Assembly: GCA_963835065.1 (NCBI GenBank)
Contig: CAWIEK010000059.1
Location: 1 to 51,077 of the forward strand
Direction: 5' to 3'
Length of the DNA stretch: 51,077 nucleotides
DNA from: an uncultured Chthonomonadaceae bacterium
Lineage (GTDB): Bacteria > Armatimonadota > Chthonomonadetes > Chthonomonadales > Chthonomonadaceae
The translations under genes and the position numbers were made by a program. Within the stretch, counting starts at the first letter, position 1, and every line of letters begins with the position of its first letter. Under the pieces are notes generated by a model. It saw only the letters and a list, made by a program, of their open reading frames with translations. It was not told the DNA's origin and ran no database searches. This document shows, piece by piece, positions 32,692 to 40,660 of the stretch.

Positions 32692-33288
32692 TCAGCGCAA
32701 CATGGAAAGAACAATGCCCACGATTTTTTCCACATTGTCGAGAAAATACAGGTCGGCGTCAACCGTCACCTGCGTTCCCTGCATTTGCAGGAACTTCCAT
32801 TCCGTTCCCGATGTTACGATGCCGTAGAGCGTCTCCCGTGTGCGCTCCTCCTCCGCGTTAAAGATCTGCGCGGCGATGAGTTCGGCAAGGCACTGCGGAA
32901 TACCGCCATTGATGTCCTCTTTCTTCGCCTCAACAACAGAGACGACAGGAGCCAACAGTTCAATTGCGCGCGGCGCAAGCGTAAACATGAAGTCACAGAA
33001 GCCGGCCAATCCCCGCTGTTCATCTACCTTGAACTCAACGCCGGAAAACAAATTGGCATGGTCGCGCGCCTGTTCATAAATCTCTATCAGAATAGGGGCA
33101 ATGAGCAGTTCGGAACGGGCCTTCTCAGAGCCGCTTCGCAGTGCAGTGTCGTTGTTGCGCTCCAGTATCCGGCGCAGCAAGTCAGACACGATAACCGGCG
33201 GTACATCCGCGAATAAGTTGGATTGCTCCGTGATCACAAGATGATATTCTTTTCGCAACTGCGCCATTGTGAACGCGCTATATGCCAT
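32692..33288 (-). CDS. Hypothetical PD-(D/E)XK nuclease-like protein
   Basis: SEKARSELLIAPIL, GFCDF, VVEAKK, PQCLAEL and YGIVTSGTEWKF form a restriction-endonuclease-like pattern. Confidence 0.7.
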   Translation of the reverse strand: MAYSAFTMAQLRKEYHLVITEQSNLFADVPPVIVSDLLRRILERNNDTALRSGSEKARSELLIAPILIEIYEQARDHANLFSGVEFKVDEQRGLAGFCDFMFTLAPRAIELLAPVVSVVEAKKEDINGGIPQCLAELIAAQIFNAEEERTRETLYGIVTSGTEWKFLQMQGTQVTVDADLYFLDNVEKIVGIVLSMLR

Positions 33289-33340
33289 CGCCTTCTCCCT
33301 CCATGCTCGTTCCTGCCCTGTCTATTACTCTCCTGTTCTT

Positions 33341-33380
33341 CTCTGTGAAACCTCTGTGTCTCTGTGCCTCTGTGGTGAAT
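33341..33380 (-). repeat. ~42-bp CACAGAG-based dispersed repeat, copy 3
   Basis: ctctgtgaaacctctgtgtctctgtgcctctgtggtgaat. Confidence 0.85.
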
Positions 33381-33381
33381 G

Positions 33382-34380
33382 TTACAATGCGGCGATGATG
33401 GCGTCCGTCATGTCGGTTGTTTTCGCACTTCCGCCCAGGTCGCCGGTCAGGGCGCGGCGTTCGGAAAGCACGAGATGTACGGCGTTGCGAACCCGCGTGG
33501 CCGCTTCCGTTTCACCCAGGTGCGCCAGCATCATGGCGGCGGATAAAATTAGCGCAATCGGGTTGGCGATGTTGCGGCCTGCGATATCCGGCGCGCTGCC
33601 GTGAACCGCTTCAAACATGGCGACGCCGTTTTCCCCGATGTTGGCCGATGCCGTCAGCCCCAATCCTCCCACTAACCCGGACGCCAGATCGCTGAGAATA
33701 TCCCCATACAGGTTTTCCATCACCATCACATCGAACTGTTCGGGACGCAGCACCATGTTCATGCACGTCGCGTCCACAATCATCTCGTCGTACTTGATTT
33801 CGGTATATTCGCGGCTGACGCGGCGCAGGCAATCCAGAAACAGGCCGTCCGCCAGTTTCATAATGTTGGCTTTGTGAACGGACGTGACTTTCTTGCGCCC
33901 ATTGTCCCGCGCATACTGAAAGGCATAGTGGCCGATGCGCGTACACGCAGTTTCCGTAATAATCTTCAGGCTTTCCACGACGCCCGGAACCACGATATGT
34001 TCCAACCCGGCGTACAAGTCCTCGCTGTTTTCGCGCACGACCACTAAATCCACATTGTCGTAGCGCGATTTCACGCCCGGCAGAGTTTTGGCGGGGCGCA
34101 CATTCGCGTACAAATTAAGCCGCTTGCGCAGCGTGACGTTCGCGCTGGAAAAACCCGTGCCGATGGGCGTGGCGAGCGGCCCTTTCAGCGCAATGCGGTT
34201 GCGGGCGATGCTGTTGAACACTTCGTCCGGCACGGGTGAGCCGTACTTGGTAAACGCTTCCGCGCCCGCTTCCAATCGCTCCCACGTCACCGCAACGCCC
34301 GTCGCTTCCACCACGCGCACGGCGGCTTCCGACACTTCCGGCCCAATCCCATCGCCCGCAATCAACGTTATCGTATGCAC
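33382..34380 (-). CDS. Isocitrate/isopropylmalate dehydrogenase family, NAD-dependent IDH-like
   Basis: GDGIGPEV, SANVTLRK, VHKANIMK, ENLYGDILSDLASGLVGGLG and FEAVHGSAPDIAG motifs. Confidence 0.9.
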   Translation of the reverse strand: MHTITLIAGDGIGPEVSEAAVRVVEATGVAVTWERLEAGAEAFTKYGSPVPDEVFNSIARNRIALKGPLATPIGTGFSSANVTLRKRLNLYANVRPAKTLPGVKSRYDNVDLVVVRENSEDLYAGLEHIVVPGVVESLKIITETACTRIGHYAFQYARDNGRKKVTSVHKANIMKLADGLFLDCLRRVSREYTEIKYDEMIVDATCMNMVLRPEQFDVMVMENLYGDILSDLASGLVGGLGLTASANIGENGVAMFEAVHGSAPDIAGRNIANPIALILSAAMMLAHLGETEAATRVRNAVHLVLSERRALTGDLGGSAKTTDMTDAIIAAL

Positions 34381-34417
34381 TATGCCACTCCCATTCTTGA
34401 AAAGCTTTTTGTAAAAT

Positions 34418-34458
34418 CCCTCTGTGAAACCTCTGTGTCTCTGTGCCTCTGTGGTGAA
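34418..34458 (-). repeat. ~42-bp CACAGAG-based dispersed repeat, copy 4
   Basis: ccctctgtgaaacctctgtgtctctgtgcctctgtggtgaa. Confidence 0.85.
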
Positions 34459-34693
34459 CCGTATTCCGTTCTTGTTGTTATGGCTAGGTTCACCAGGCAG
34501 GCCGGGGTTTCCTGTACGCGCGCGAAGAACCTGCGAAACATTCCGGGTTTTGCGCTGTCAAACCAGTGACTCGCGTATTTTGCCCCTTTCCGACGCTGTG
34601 ATTGTCTGCCGCCCGATGCCTGTGCGTTGTTCGTCTGCGCAAAACGAAGGAATGTACCCTTTGAACGAAATATTGTCTTTGAACGCCATTTTC

Positions 34694-36160
34694 ATGCCTC
34701 GCAAGTATCTGCCGCGCCTGCTGCCTTCAGGCGTTGTTGTTACTGTCGCCGTTGCTGTGATGCTTTGCCCATTTCGCAGTGATGGAGCCAGTCGTTACAC
34801 CAATGGAACAGCAGTTCTTACGCTCCGCGCGGAACCCCGCCGCGCGCCGAGTGGGAACATGGAAGCGTTGTTCAGCGAGGAGATACAGCAGGCTACCACA
34901 AAACTGAAGTGGCGCGGCGAAACCCTGTCGCCGGATACGGTTTACGCGCTTGCCCTGACGGGTGCGTCCTGGCAATCGGCGTGGGGCAGGGAGCATTTGT
35001 TTTCGCTGGCATGGGGCGAGAGCCGCAAAATTCCCGGCTACAAGCAGCACAGCGCGGAATACGCCAAAGTGCTGCGCGACGTGCAGGCCAGCTATGAGCG
35101 GCGCGATTACAGCCGTGTCGTCGGAATCGCGTCCAACACGTTTTCACCCGATGAGATTTCCTGTGACGCCAATTTGAAAGAGTTGGTGGGGCAATCTTGT
35201 TTGGAACTGCGGCAGCCGGAGCGCGCGTTCCCCATTTTCGCGTCGCCTTTTGAGCCGTCGCGTATCCGGCAGGACAGCGCGGAAGCCAACCGGCATTTCC
35301 GGGAGGGCGCGTTCGAGGCGGCGAAACGGGCGGGACTGCAAAAGGAAGCGGTTGCTTTCGGATTGTCGCTGCTACTGGAACCGGGAACGCAGGAGGGCGG
35401 GGTAAACACGTCCGCGCTGCAATATCTGGAAAGCGCCGGCGTGGACATAGACCGCATCTTGTTAGGCATTTTGCAGGCTCCCGAACGGTTGCGCGGACTG
35501 CCCGCGTATTCCTACGCCGCCGCCGACCTGCTTGTGCCGCGCGCCACGCCGCGCCTGCTGCCGTTTCTGATGCACCTCGCGGGAACCGATGACGTGTACC
35601 TGAAGGGCCGCGCCCTGCTCGGCATGGGCATTGTGGCGTACCGGGCGCGGCGCAATGACGCGCCGGGTTGGTTAGGCCGCGTTATCGCTTCCAGCGCCCT
35701 GCCGAACCTGCGCGAATACGGCGTTTCTTCAGGACAGCGCAAAATGATCGCAGACGAGATCGGCAAGGCTGTTCGCAGCGACAATTACCGCCTGCGGGCA
35801 TCGGGCGCGCTGGCTATGGCCCTGTTGGGCGAGGACGCTGATGTTCCCCTGCTGCAAAAGCTCGCCTTAGATCGCGCTTACGTCCTGTCGCCCCAAAGCG
35901 CGGAGCGTTCGGAGCGCGACCATGCGCGCCGGGTGATGTTTCCCGTTCGCATGGCGGCGGCAGCCGCGCTGTCCCGCTTTGGCATCACAACCGATATGGG
36001 AAGCAGCGAGTTGGCAGGCAAAGACCTGGACAAAGCGCGCCGGGGCGGACAGGACGTGAGCAGCGACCGCCGCAACCTGCGCCGCGAAATCGCCAGCCAG
36101 ATCGTCGTCTCCCCCATAGACGTAGCCACTGCCGCTCCAATAGAAACCACCAAACGCTAA
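34694..36160 (+). CDS. Hypothetical exported helical (HEAT-like) protein, start uncertain
   Basis: Long ORF with a hydrophobic N-terminal segment. HEAT-like LRASGALAMALLGEDADVPLL and VRMAAAAALSR. Confidence 0.6.
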   Translation: MPRKYLPRLLPSGVVVTVAVAVMLCPFRSDGASRYTNGTAVLTLRAEPRRAPSGNMEALFSEEIQQATTKLKWRGETLSPDTVYALALTGASWQSAWGREHLFSLAWGESRKIPGYKQHSAEYAKVLRDVQASYERRDYSRVVGIASNTFSPDEISCDANLKELVGQSCLELRQPERAFPIFASPFEPSRIRQDSAEANRHFREGAFEAAKRAGLQKEAVAFGLSLLLEPGTQEGGVNTSALQYLESAGVDIDRILLGILQAPERLRGLPAYSYAAADLLVPRATPRLLPFLMHLAGTDDVYLKGRALLGMGIVAYRARRNDAPGWLGRVIASSALPNLREYGVSSGQRKMIADEIGKAVRSDNYRLRASGALAMALLGEDADVPLLQKLALDRAYVLSPQSAERSERDHARRVMFPVRMAAAAALSRFGITTDMGSSELAGKDLDKARRGGQDVSSDRRNLRREIASQIVVSPIDVATAAPIETTKR

Positions 36161-36308
36161 AACCTTCCTACAACCTGAAACCGGAACTATCCTCCAACAG
36201 CAACCCCGAAAAATACAGAAAAAGTTTTTTCTGACAGTAAGGAAGCACATTTGCCTCGACTTAGCCGTATCTATTGAAACTGCGCTGTCAGGAAAGACTA
36301 CCACTTAG

Positions 36309-36361
36309 CCTCTCCCCTCTCCTAGCGCGTTGCGCGACAAGGAGAGGGGACGGGGGTGAGG
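36309..36361. repeat. REP-like palindrome CCCCTCTCC...GGAGAGGGG upstream of mdh
   Basis: tcccctctcct ... aggagagggga inverted repeat followed by cgggggtgagg. Confidence 0.55.
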
Positions 36362-36386
36362 TAAAATCAAAAGGAGAAAGGCACTC

Positions 36387-37352
36387 ATGCCGAAGAGTAA
36401 AGTAACGATTGTGGGCGCGGGACAAACGGGGGCGACACTGGCCCATTGGCTGGCCCTGCGCGGCGACGTGGACATTGTGTTGTATGACATCGTGGAGGGC
36501 ATGCCGCAGGGCAAAGCCCTTGACCTGCTGGAAGCCATGCCCGTCATCGGCTCCGACGCCAAAATCACGGGCACGAACGGCTGGAAGGAAACACAGGAGA
36601 GCGACATTATCGTGGTTACGAGCGGACTGCCGCGCAAGCCGGGCATGAGCCGCGACGACCTGCTCAAAGTGAACGCGGGCATCGTGGCGGACGTGACCAA
36701 AAACGCCTGCGCCCTGTCGCCCGATGGCCTTCTCATGCTGCTCACCAACCCGCTCGACGCGATGTGCCATGTCGCGCTGCACAACAGTTCCTATCCCCCG
36801 GAGCGCGTGTTCGGGCAGGCGGGCATTCTGGATACAGCCCGCTTCCGGGCGTTTCTGGCGATGGAAGCGCAGGTCAGCGTGGCGGAAGTCAACGCTTACG
36901 TCCTGGGCGGGCACGGCGACGACATGGTTCCTCTGCTCGGCAGCACCAACATCGGCGGCGTACCCGTCACCAAGATGATTCAGGCGGACAGACTGGCGGC
37001 GATTGTAGAGCGGGCGCGTAAGGGCGGCGGCGAAATCGTTAGCCTGCTCAAAACCGGCAGCGCGTTTTATGCCCCGTCCGCCGCGCTTGCCCAAATGATT
37101 GACGCCGTGCTGAATGACCGTAAACGCATTTTGCCCTGCGCCGTATACACCGGCGATAACGCGGGCAATTACGGCGTCAGCGACCTGTACCTCGGCCTGC
37201 CCGCCATCATCGGGCGCAACGGCGTGGAACAAATCATTCCCATCGAACTCACGAACGAGGAGCGCGATGCCCTGCACAAATCCGCCAACAGCGTGCGCGA
37301 ACTCGTGACGGCGCTGAAAGGCTTCGATCCGCCCATGCTGCCGCAGGATTGA
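36387..37352 (+). CDS. mdh: Malate dehydrogenase (LDH-like)
   Basis: GAGQTG, QGKALD, RKPGMSRDDLL, NPLDAM, LDTARF and GGHGD motifs. Confidence 0.95.
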   Translation: MPKSKVTIVGAGQTGATLAHWLALRGDVDIVLYDIVEGMPQGKALDLLEAMPVIGSDAKITGTNGWKETQESDIIVVTSGLPRKPGMSRDDLLKVNAGIVADVTKNACALSPDGLLMLLTNPLDAMCHVALHNSSYPPERVFGQAGILDTARFRAFLAMEAQVSVAEVNAYVLGGHGDDMVPLLGSTNIGGVPVTKMIQADRLAAIVERARKGGGEIVSLLKTGSAFYAPSAALAQMIDAVLNDRKRILPCAVYTGDNAGNYGVSDLYLGLPAIIGRNGVEQIIPIELTNEERDALHKSANSVRELVTALKGFDPPMLPQD

Positions 37353-37357
37353 GGAAG

Positions 37358-37442
37358 GCATTAGGCATTAGGCATTAGAGACAAGACACAAAGCCGGGAA
37401 GTTCGTCCTTGCTTGTCCTTGCATCTAATGCCTAATGCCTAA
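37358..37442. repeat. Palindromic (TAGGCAT)n element with a conserved core
   Basis: Core aagacacaaagccgggaagttcgtccttgcttgtcct is nearly identical to the core in 38959-39075. Confidence 0.85.
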
Positions 37443-38192
37443 CAAGTACCAATCCGCGCACTTCTGCCCATCCTTGCCGACGAAAAAGCCGATTTCATCC
37501 TTTACCGGGTCAATGACAAGGGCGATTTGCCAGTCGGCGCAGAAGATTTCTTCCTGCGTGTCCAGGTCGGTTTCGGAGAGAAAGACGCCCATGTTGGGGT
37601 GGGAGTGGTAGGAGCCGATAACTGTCCAATCGGGCGGCATTTGCTGCAATTGGGGCGTGAGCGCGCGCCATGAGGCGGTTGTGTAGCCGAAGTAGGTGGG
37701 AGTTTCAACGCCGTCCGGCGCGGGCAAGGCGTCGTGAATCAGCAGCAGGTACGCGCGAATTTCCGGGTCGTAAAACGCCTGGCCGAGCAATAAACCGCCC
37801 TGTTCCACTTCCACATTGCCGCGCAGATGCGCCTGCGCTTTGTCCAAAGCCCCGCGATTGACGAAAATATACGCCTGCTGCGGCAAAATCGCAGGCGGAC
37901 GCGGCAGTCCAAGCGTCTGCACAAAAGCAGCGGCGACAACGACAGCGGGCGCGTACACATCCGCGCTGTCCTGCCATTCAATCGTATCCCCGTTCGCGTC
38001 CTCGGAGTTGGACATTGCAGCATCCTTGGTTTGCTCCGCCAACCCATCGCCTGGATTGGCCTTGATGGAAGCGGCTTTGTCCACAACAAGTTTGTTGGAA
38101 GCGGACTTTGCGGACGCAGAGAACATGCGCGCAACGCCTGCCGCCAACAGCGACACCCCGCCAACCCCCGCCAGCACCACCGCCGCATCCAT
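37425..38192 (-). CDS. JAB/JAMM (Mov34/MPN+) metallopeptidase with an N-terminal hydrophobic segment
   Basis: EQGGLLLG ... IGSYHSHPNMGVFLSETD (E...HxH-x7-S-x2-D) ... LVIDP. Confidence 0.9.
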   Translation of the reverse strand: MDAAVVLAGVGGVSLLAAGVARMFSASAKSASNKLVVDKAASIKANPGDGLAEQTKDAAMSNSEDANGDTIEWQDSADVYAPAVVVAAAFVQTLGLPRPPAILPQQAYIFVNRGALDKAQAHLRGNVEVEQGGLLLGQAFYDPEIRAYLLLIHDALPAPDGVETPTYFGYTTASWRALTPQLQQMPPDWTVIGSYHSHPNMGVFLSETDLDTQEEIFCADWQIALVIDPVKDEIGFFVGKDGQKCADWYLLGIRH

Positions 38193-38301
38193 GTCGTTGA
38201 TCCTTTGTAGGCATTAGGCATTAGGCATTAGATATTAGGGAAGAAGACAGAAGACGGAAGACGGAATGTAGGAATTATGGAATATAGGAAGACGGAATAC
38301 C

Positions 38302-38961
38302 CTACTCCAAGTCTTCCCAAACCAGGGACGTGTCTTCGCGCAGGCTGAAAACTGCGGACGCCTCGCCGGATGGTTCGCGCGTTGGTTCGCCGGTCTGTTC
38401 CCCCGCCTGCCGCATCAGTACCCCGATGTCGGGCAATCCGCCGTCGTTGACAGTCGTGTTTGGCGGAGCGCCGATAGGAGGGTCATCGCCCATAAAGGTA
38501 ATGTTGTCGGTTGGCAGCAGCAGAAGGTTGCGCGTGACCCAAAACATCGCCTGCTCGTTGGCCGGGTCCAGAATATCCATATAGCGGCGGTCAAATTGCA
38601 GCATCGCGCCCAAGCGCAGTATCACGTCTTCCAGATACTCCGTCGTCTGCCAGCTTCCCATACAGACCACGCGATTGACATATACATGCGGATTGAAAAT
38701 CGGCGTCTGCATTTCCACAACCGGCGCGGCGGACGGAGCCGGGTAGCGGGCAGGCAGTTTGACGCGCACCCGATTGACATTACGGTACACGGGCTTGCCA
38801 TCCTTGAGCGCTTCGATGCTCCGGCAATGGTACGTCAAAATGTACTCGTCCGGCGGCTGTCCTTTGGTGGACTCAAGGACAAGCCTGCCGCCACTATTGG
38901 CAGCCAGCGCGCGCGCTTGTTCGTAATCGGCCTGTAGGCGCAGGTCTCTTGCGGTAGACAT
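38302..38961 (-). CDS. Ubiquitin-conjugating enzyme (E2/UBC-like)
   Basis: RLQADY...LPARYP..AP.V...TPIFNPHVYVNRVVC..W...L...DPANEQA is a UBC-fold pattern with the catalytic Cys present. Confidence 0.85.
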   Translation of the reverse strand: MSTARDLRLQADYEQARALAANSGGRLVLESTKGQPPDEYILTYHCRSIEALKDGKPVYRNVNRVRVKLPARYPAPSAAPVVEMQTPIFNPHVYVNRVVCMGSWQTTEYLEDVILRLGAMLQFDRRYMDILDPANEQAMFWVTRNLLLLPTDNITFMGDDPPIGAPPNTTVNDGGLPDIGVLMRQAGEQTGEPTREPSGEASAVFSLREDTSLVWEDLE

Positions 38962-39075
38962 TAGGCATTAGGCATTAGGCATTAGGCATTAGATATCAGA
39001 TAGAAGACACAAAGCCGAGAAGTTCGTCCATGCTTGTCCTTCTATACTAATGCCTAATGCCTAATGCCTAATGCC
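38959..39075. repeat. Palindromic (TAGGCAT)n element with a conserved core, between the Ubl and E2 genes
   Basis: (cattagg)x4... core aagacacaaagccgagaagttcgtccatgcttgtcct ...(ctaatgc)x4. Confidence 0.85.
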
Positions 39076-39338
39076 TCTCCTCCTCCGTGCGTCGGAAACG
39101 GCTGCAGCATCAGCACGTCGCCGTTTTGCGCATTGCTGCTGTTGAGCGTGTCATGTGCCATCAATTGGCGGTTGGTGTTCATGTTGACGATTTGAAAATC
39201 CATGCCCATCGAAAGATGCCACCGGCCCCGGCTGGCTTTAATCACATCCCCGACAGTCATGGTACGCGGAACCGTCACTTGCGCCTTGCGCGTCCGGTCC
39301 GCCGTCTGCAAAATGATCGTTACTTTATGGACGCTCAT
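39054..39338 (-). CDS. Ubiquitin-like (beta-grasp) protein with a C-terminal GGG plus extension
   Basis: VTIILQTAD..K.QVTVPRTMTVGDV...LMAHDTL...QNGDVLML beta-grasp pattern. Ends PTHGGGEALGIRH. Lies between E1 and E2. Confidence 0.75.
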   Translation of the reverse strand: MSVHKVTIILQTADRTRKAQVTVPRTMTVGDVIKASRGRWHLSMGMDFQIVNMNTNRQLMAHDTLNSSNAQNGDVLMLQPFPTHGGGEALGIRH

Positions 39339-40659
39339 GGTTTAACTCCTGCTGCTCCTGCTGATTATTGACGGCTTCACGTTGCCCGGCAAGGGAATTG
39401 CTAAAAGGGGAGCCGCGATACTCGCCGGAAATCTGTACGTAATGCCGTTCGCCATCGTGTTTCAACGCCAGCACCTGATGTTCCGGTATACGCAGGAAAG
39501 CCAGCGAACGATGCGCCCACTCGCTTTTCCCGTCCAGCCAGCTTACCGTTTGCGGCTGACGGGCGAGCGTATGGCAGTGCGGACATTGGTTCAGCGCCAG
39601 CGAACACGTTTCCACCGGCTGAAATACGGCTTCCGTGTGCCCACAGTTCTGGCACTGCATCTGCGTGAGCAAATCAAACCCTAATTCGACAATCCCCTCC
39701 GGCATCCCTGCCTGCGCCAGCAATTCCACGATGCTCAATTCATCCGCGCCCTGTTCCAACACCGTGACCGGTTCCCAACACTCGTGCGCCAGACAATCCG
39801 GGCTGCGCGGCAGCGTCACCGTCTGCAATCCATACGGCGCGACGGTCAGGTACAGTTTTTGGCTGAACGCAAGCCCAGATAAGGATGAAGGATGAAGGAT
39901 GAAGGATGAAGCAATTGGCGATTGCCGATTGCCGATTGCCGATTGCGTTCCTGCTGTTCCCTGTTCCCTGTTCCCTGTTCCCTCCTCTCCCTTCCTTCCA
40001 TGCAGCAGCAGCATAACCTCATTCACGGCATACGCGGCGGCAAGGGACGCGACGACGGCGGTGGTAGGCACGGTATTTTCGGGCAGGTCGCTGTGCAGGC
40101 CGCCGCAGGAGAAACGCTGGTTGCGGCGTTCCCACATGGTTTCCGACATGCCGCACTCAAAGCAGGCTTCCGGTTGTGCGGCGTCACGACCGGCAAACAG
40201 GGCGATTTCGGCGAGAGTGGCTTCGATGCCCGTATTGATCCACGGAACGCCCGCTCGATGGCAGGCGCGATTGAGGGCAAGGCGGGCGTTGATGCTGTCC
40301 AAACAGCCGATTACCACATCCATGCCGCGATACACGCCCAGGCCAACGTCAAATTCCAGATTGCCCTGCACCCCAATCGCTTGTACGTCCGGGTTCAGGT
40401 TTTGCGCCCGTTCCGCCGCCACTTGCGCCTTGCTCCGTCCCACATCGGTTTCGCGGAAAAGGACGCTACGGGTCAGATTGGAAAGTTCGATGGTATCGAA
40501 ATCCACGAGCAATAAATGCCCCACACCCATCAGCGCCAGCAGTTTGACAACCTCGTTGCCCACCGCCCCCACGCCCGCCACCAGGACGCGCGCCCGCGCC
40601 AATCGGTCTTGATCCCATCCTTCCAGCAGATGATGTCGGGCATAGCGGTCTTGATTCAT
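39325..40659 (-). CDS. E1-like (ThiF/UBA) activating enzyme
   Basis: RYARH..., VAGVGAVG, DFDTIELSNLTRSVLF, CFEC, candidate catalytic FSCG, CLAH, and a C-terminal domain with CQNC...CPHC. Confidence 0.9.
   Translation of the reverse strand: MNQDRYARHHLLEGWDQDRLARARVLVAGVGAVGNEVVKLLALMGVGHLLLVDFDTIELSNLTRSVLFRETDVGRSKAQVAAERAQNLNPDVQAIGVQGNLEFDVGLGVYRGMDVVIGCLDSINARLALNRACHRAGVPWINTGIEATLAEIALFAGRDAAQPEACFECGMSETMWERRNQRFSCGGLHSDLPENTVPTTAVVASLAAAYAVNEVMLLLHGRKGEEGTGNREQGTAGTQSAIGNRQSPIASSFILHPSSLSGLAFSQKLYLTVAPYGLQTVTLPRSPDCLAHECWEPVTVLEQGADELSIVELLAQAGMPEGIVELGFDLLTQMQCQNCGHTEAVFQPVETCSLALNQCPHCHTLARQPQTVSWLDGKSEWAHRSLAFLRIPEHQVLALKHDGERHYVQISGEYRGSPFSNSLAGQREAVNNQQEQQELNHERP
39881..39982 (-). 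repeat. Composite heptamer cassette in-frame within E1
   Basis: (GGGAACA)n-(CAATCGG)n-(TTCATCC)n translates as GTGNREQGT...SAIGNRQSP..SSFILHPSS. Confidence 0.85.
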
Positions 40660-40660
40660 C

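Noticed and set aside
31856..34458. Repeats as a CRISPR array
   Set aside because: The copies are 0.7-1.1 kb apart, in mixed orientation, and separated by whole genes. No cas genes are present.
36288..37361. 357-aa antisense ORF over mdh, and similar long shadow ORFs over the flg genes
   Set aside because: These are antisense shadows typical of GC-rich coding DNA and carry no motifs.
39054..40659. E1 + small protein as ThiF-ThiS or MoeB-MoaD sulfur transfer
   Set aside because: There is no rhodanese or cofactor biosynthesis gene nearby. The adjacent E2 and RING-like genes point to conjugation.
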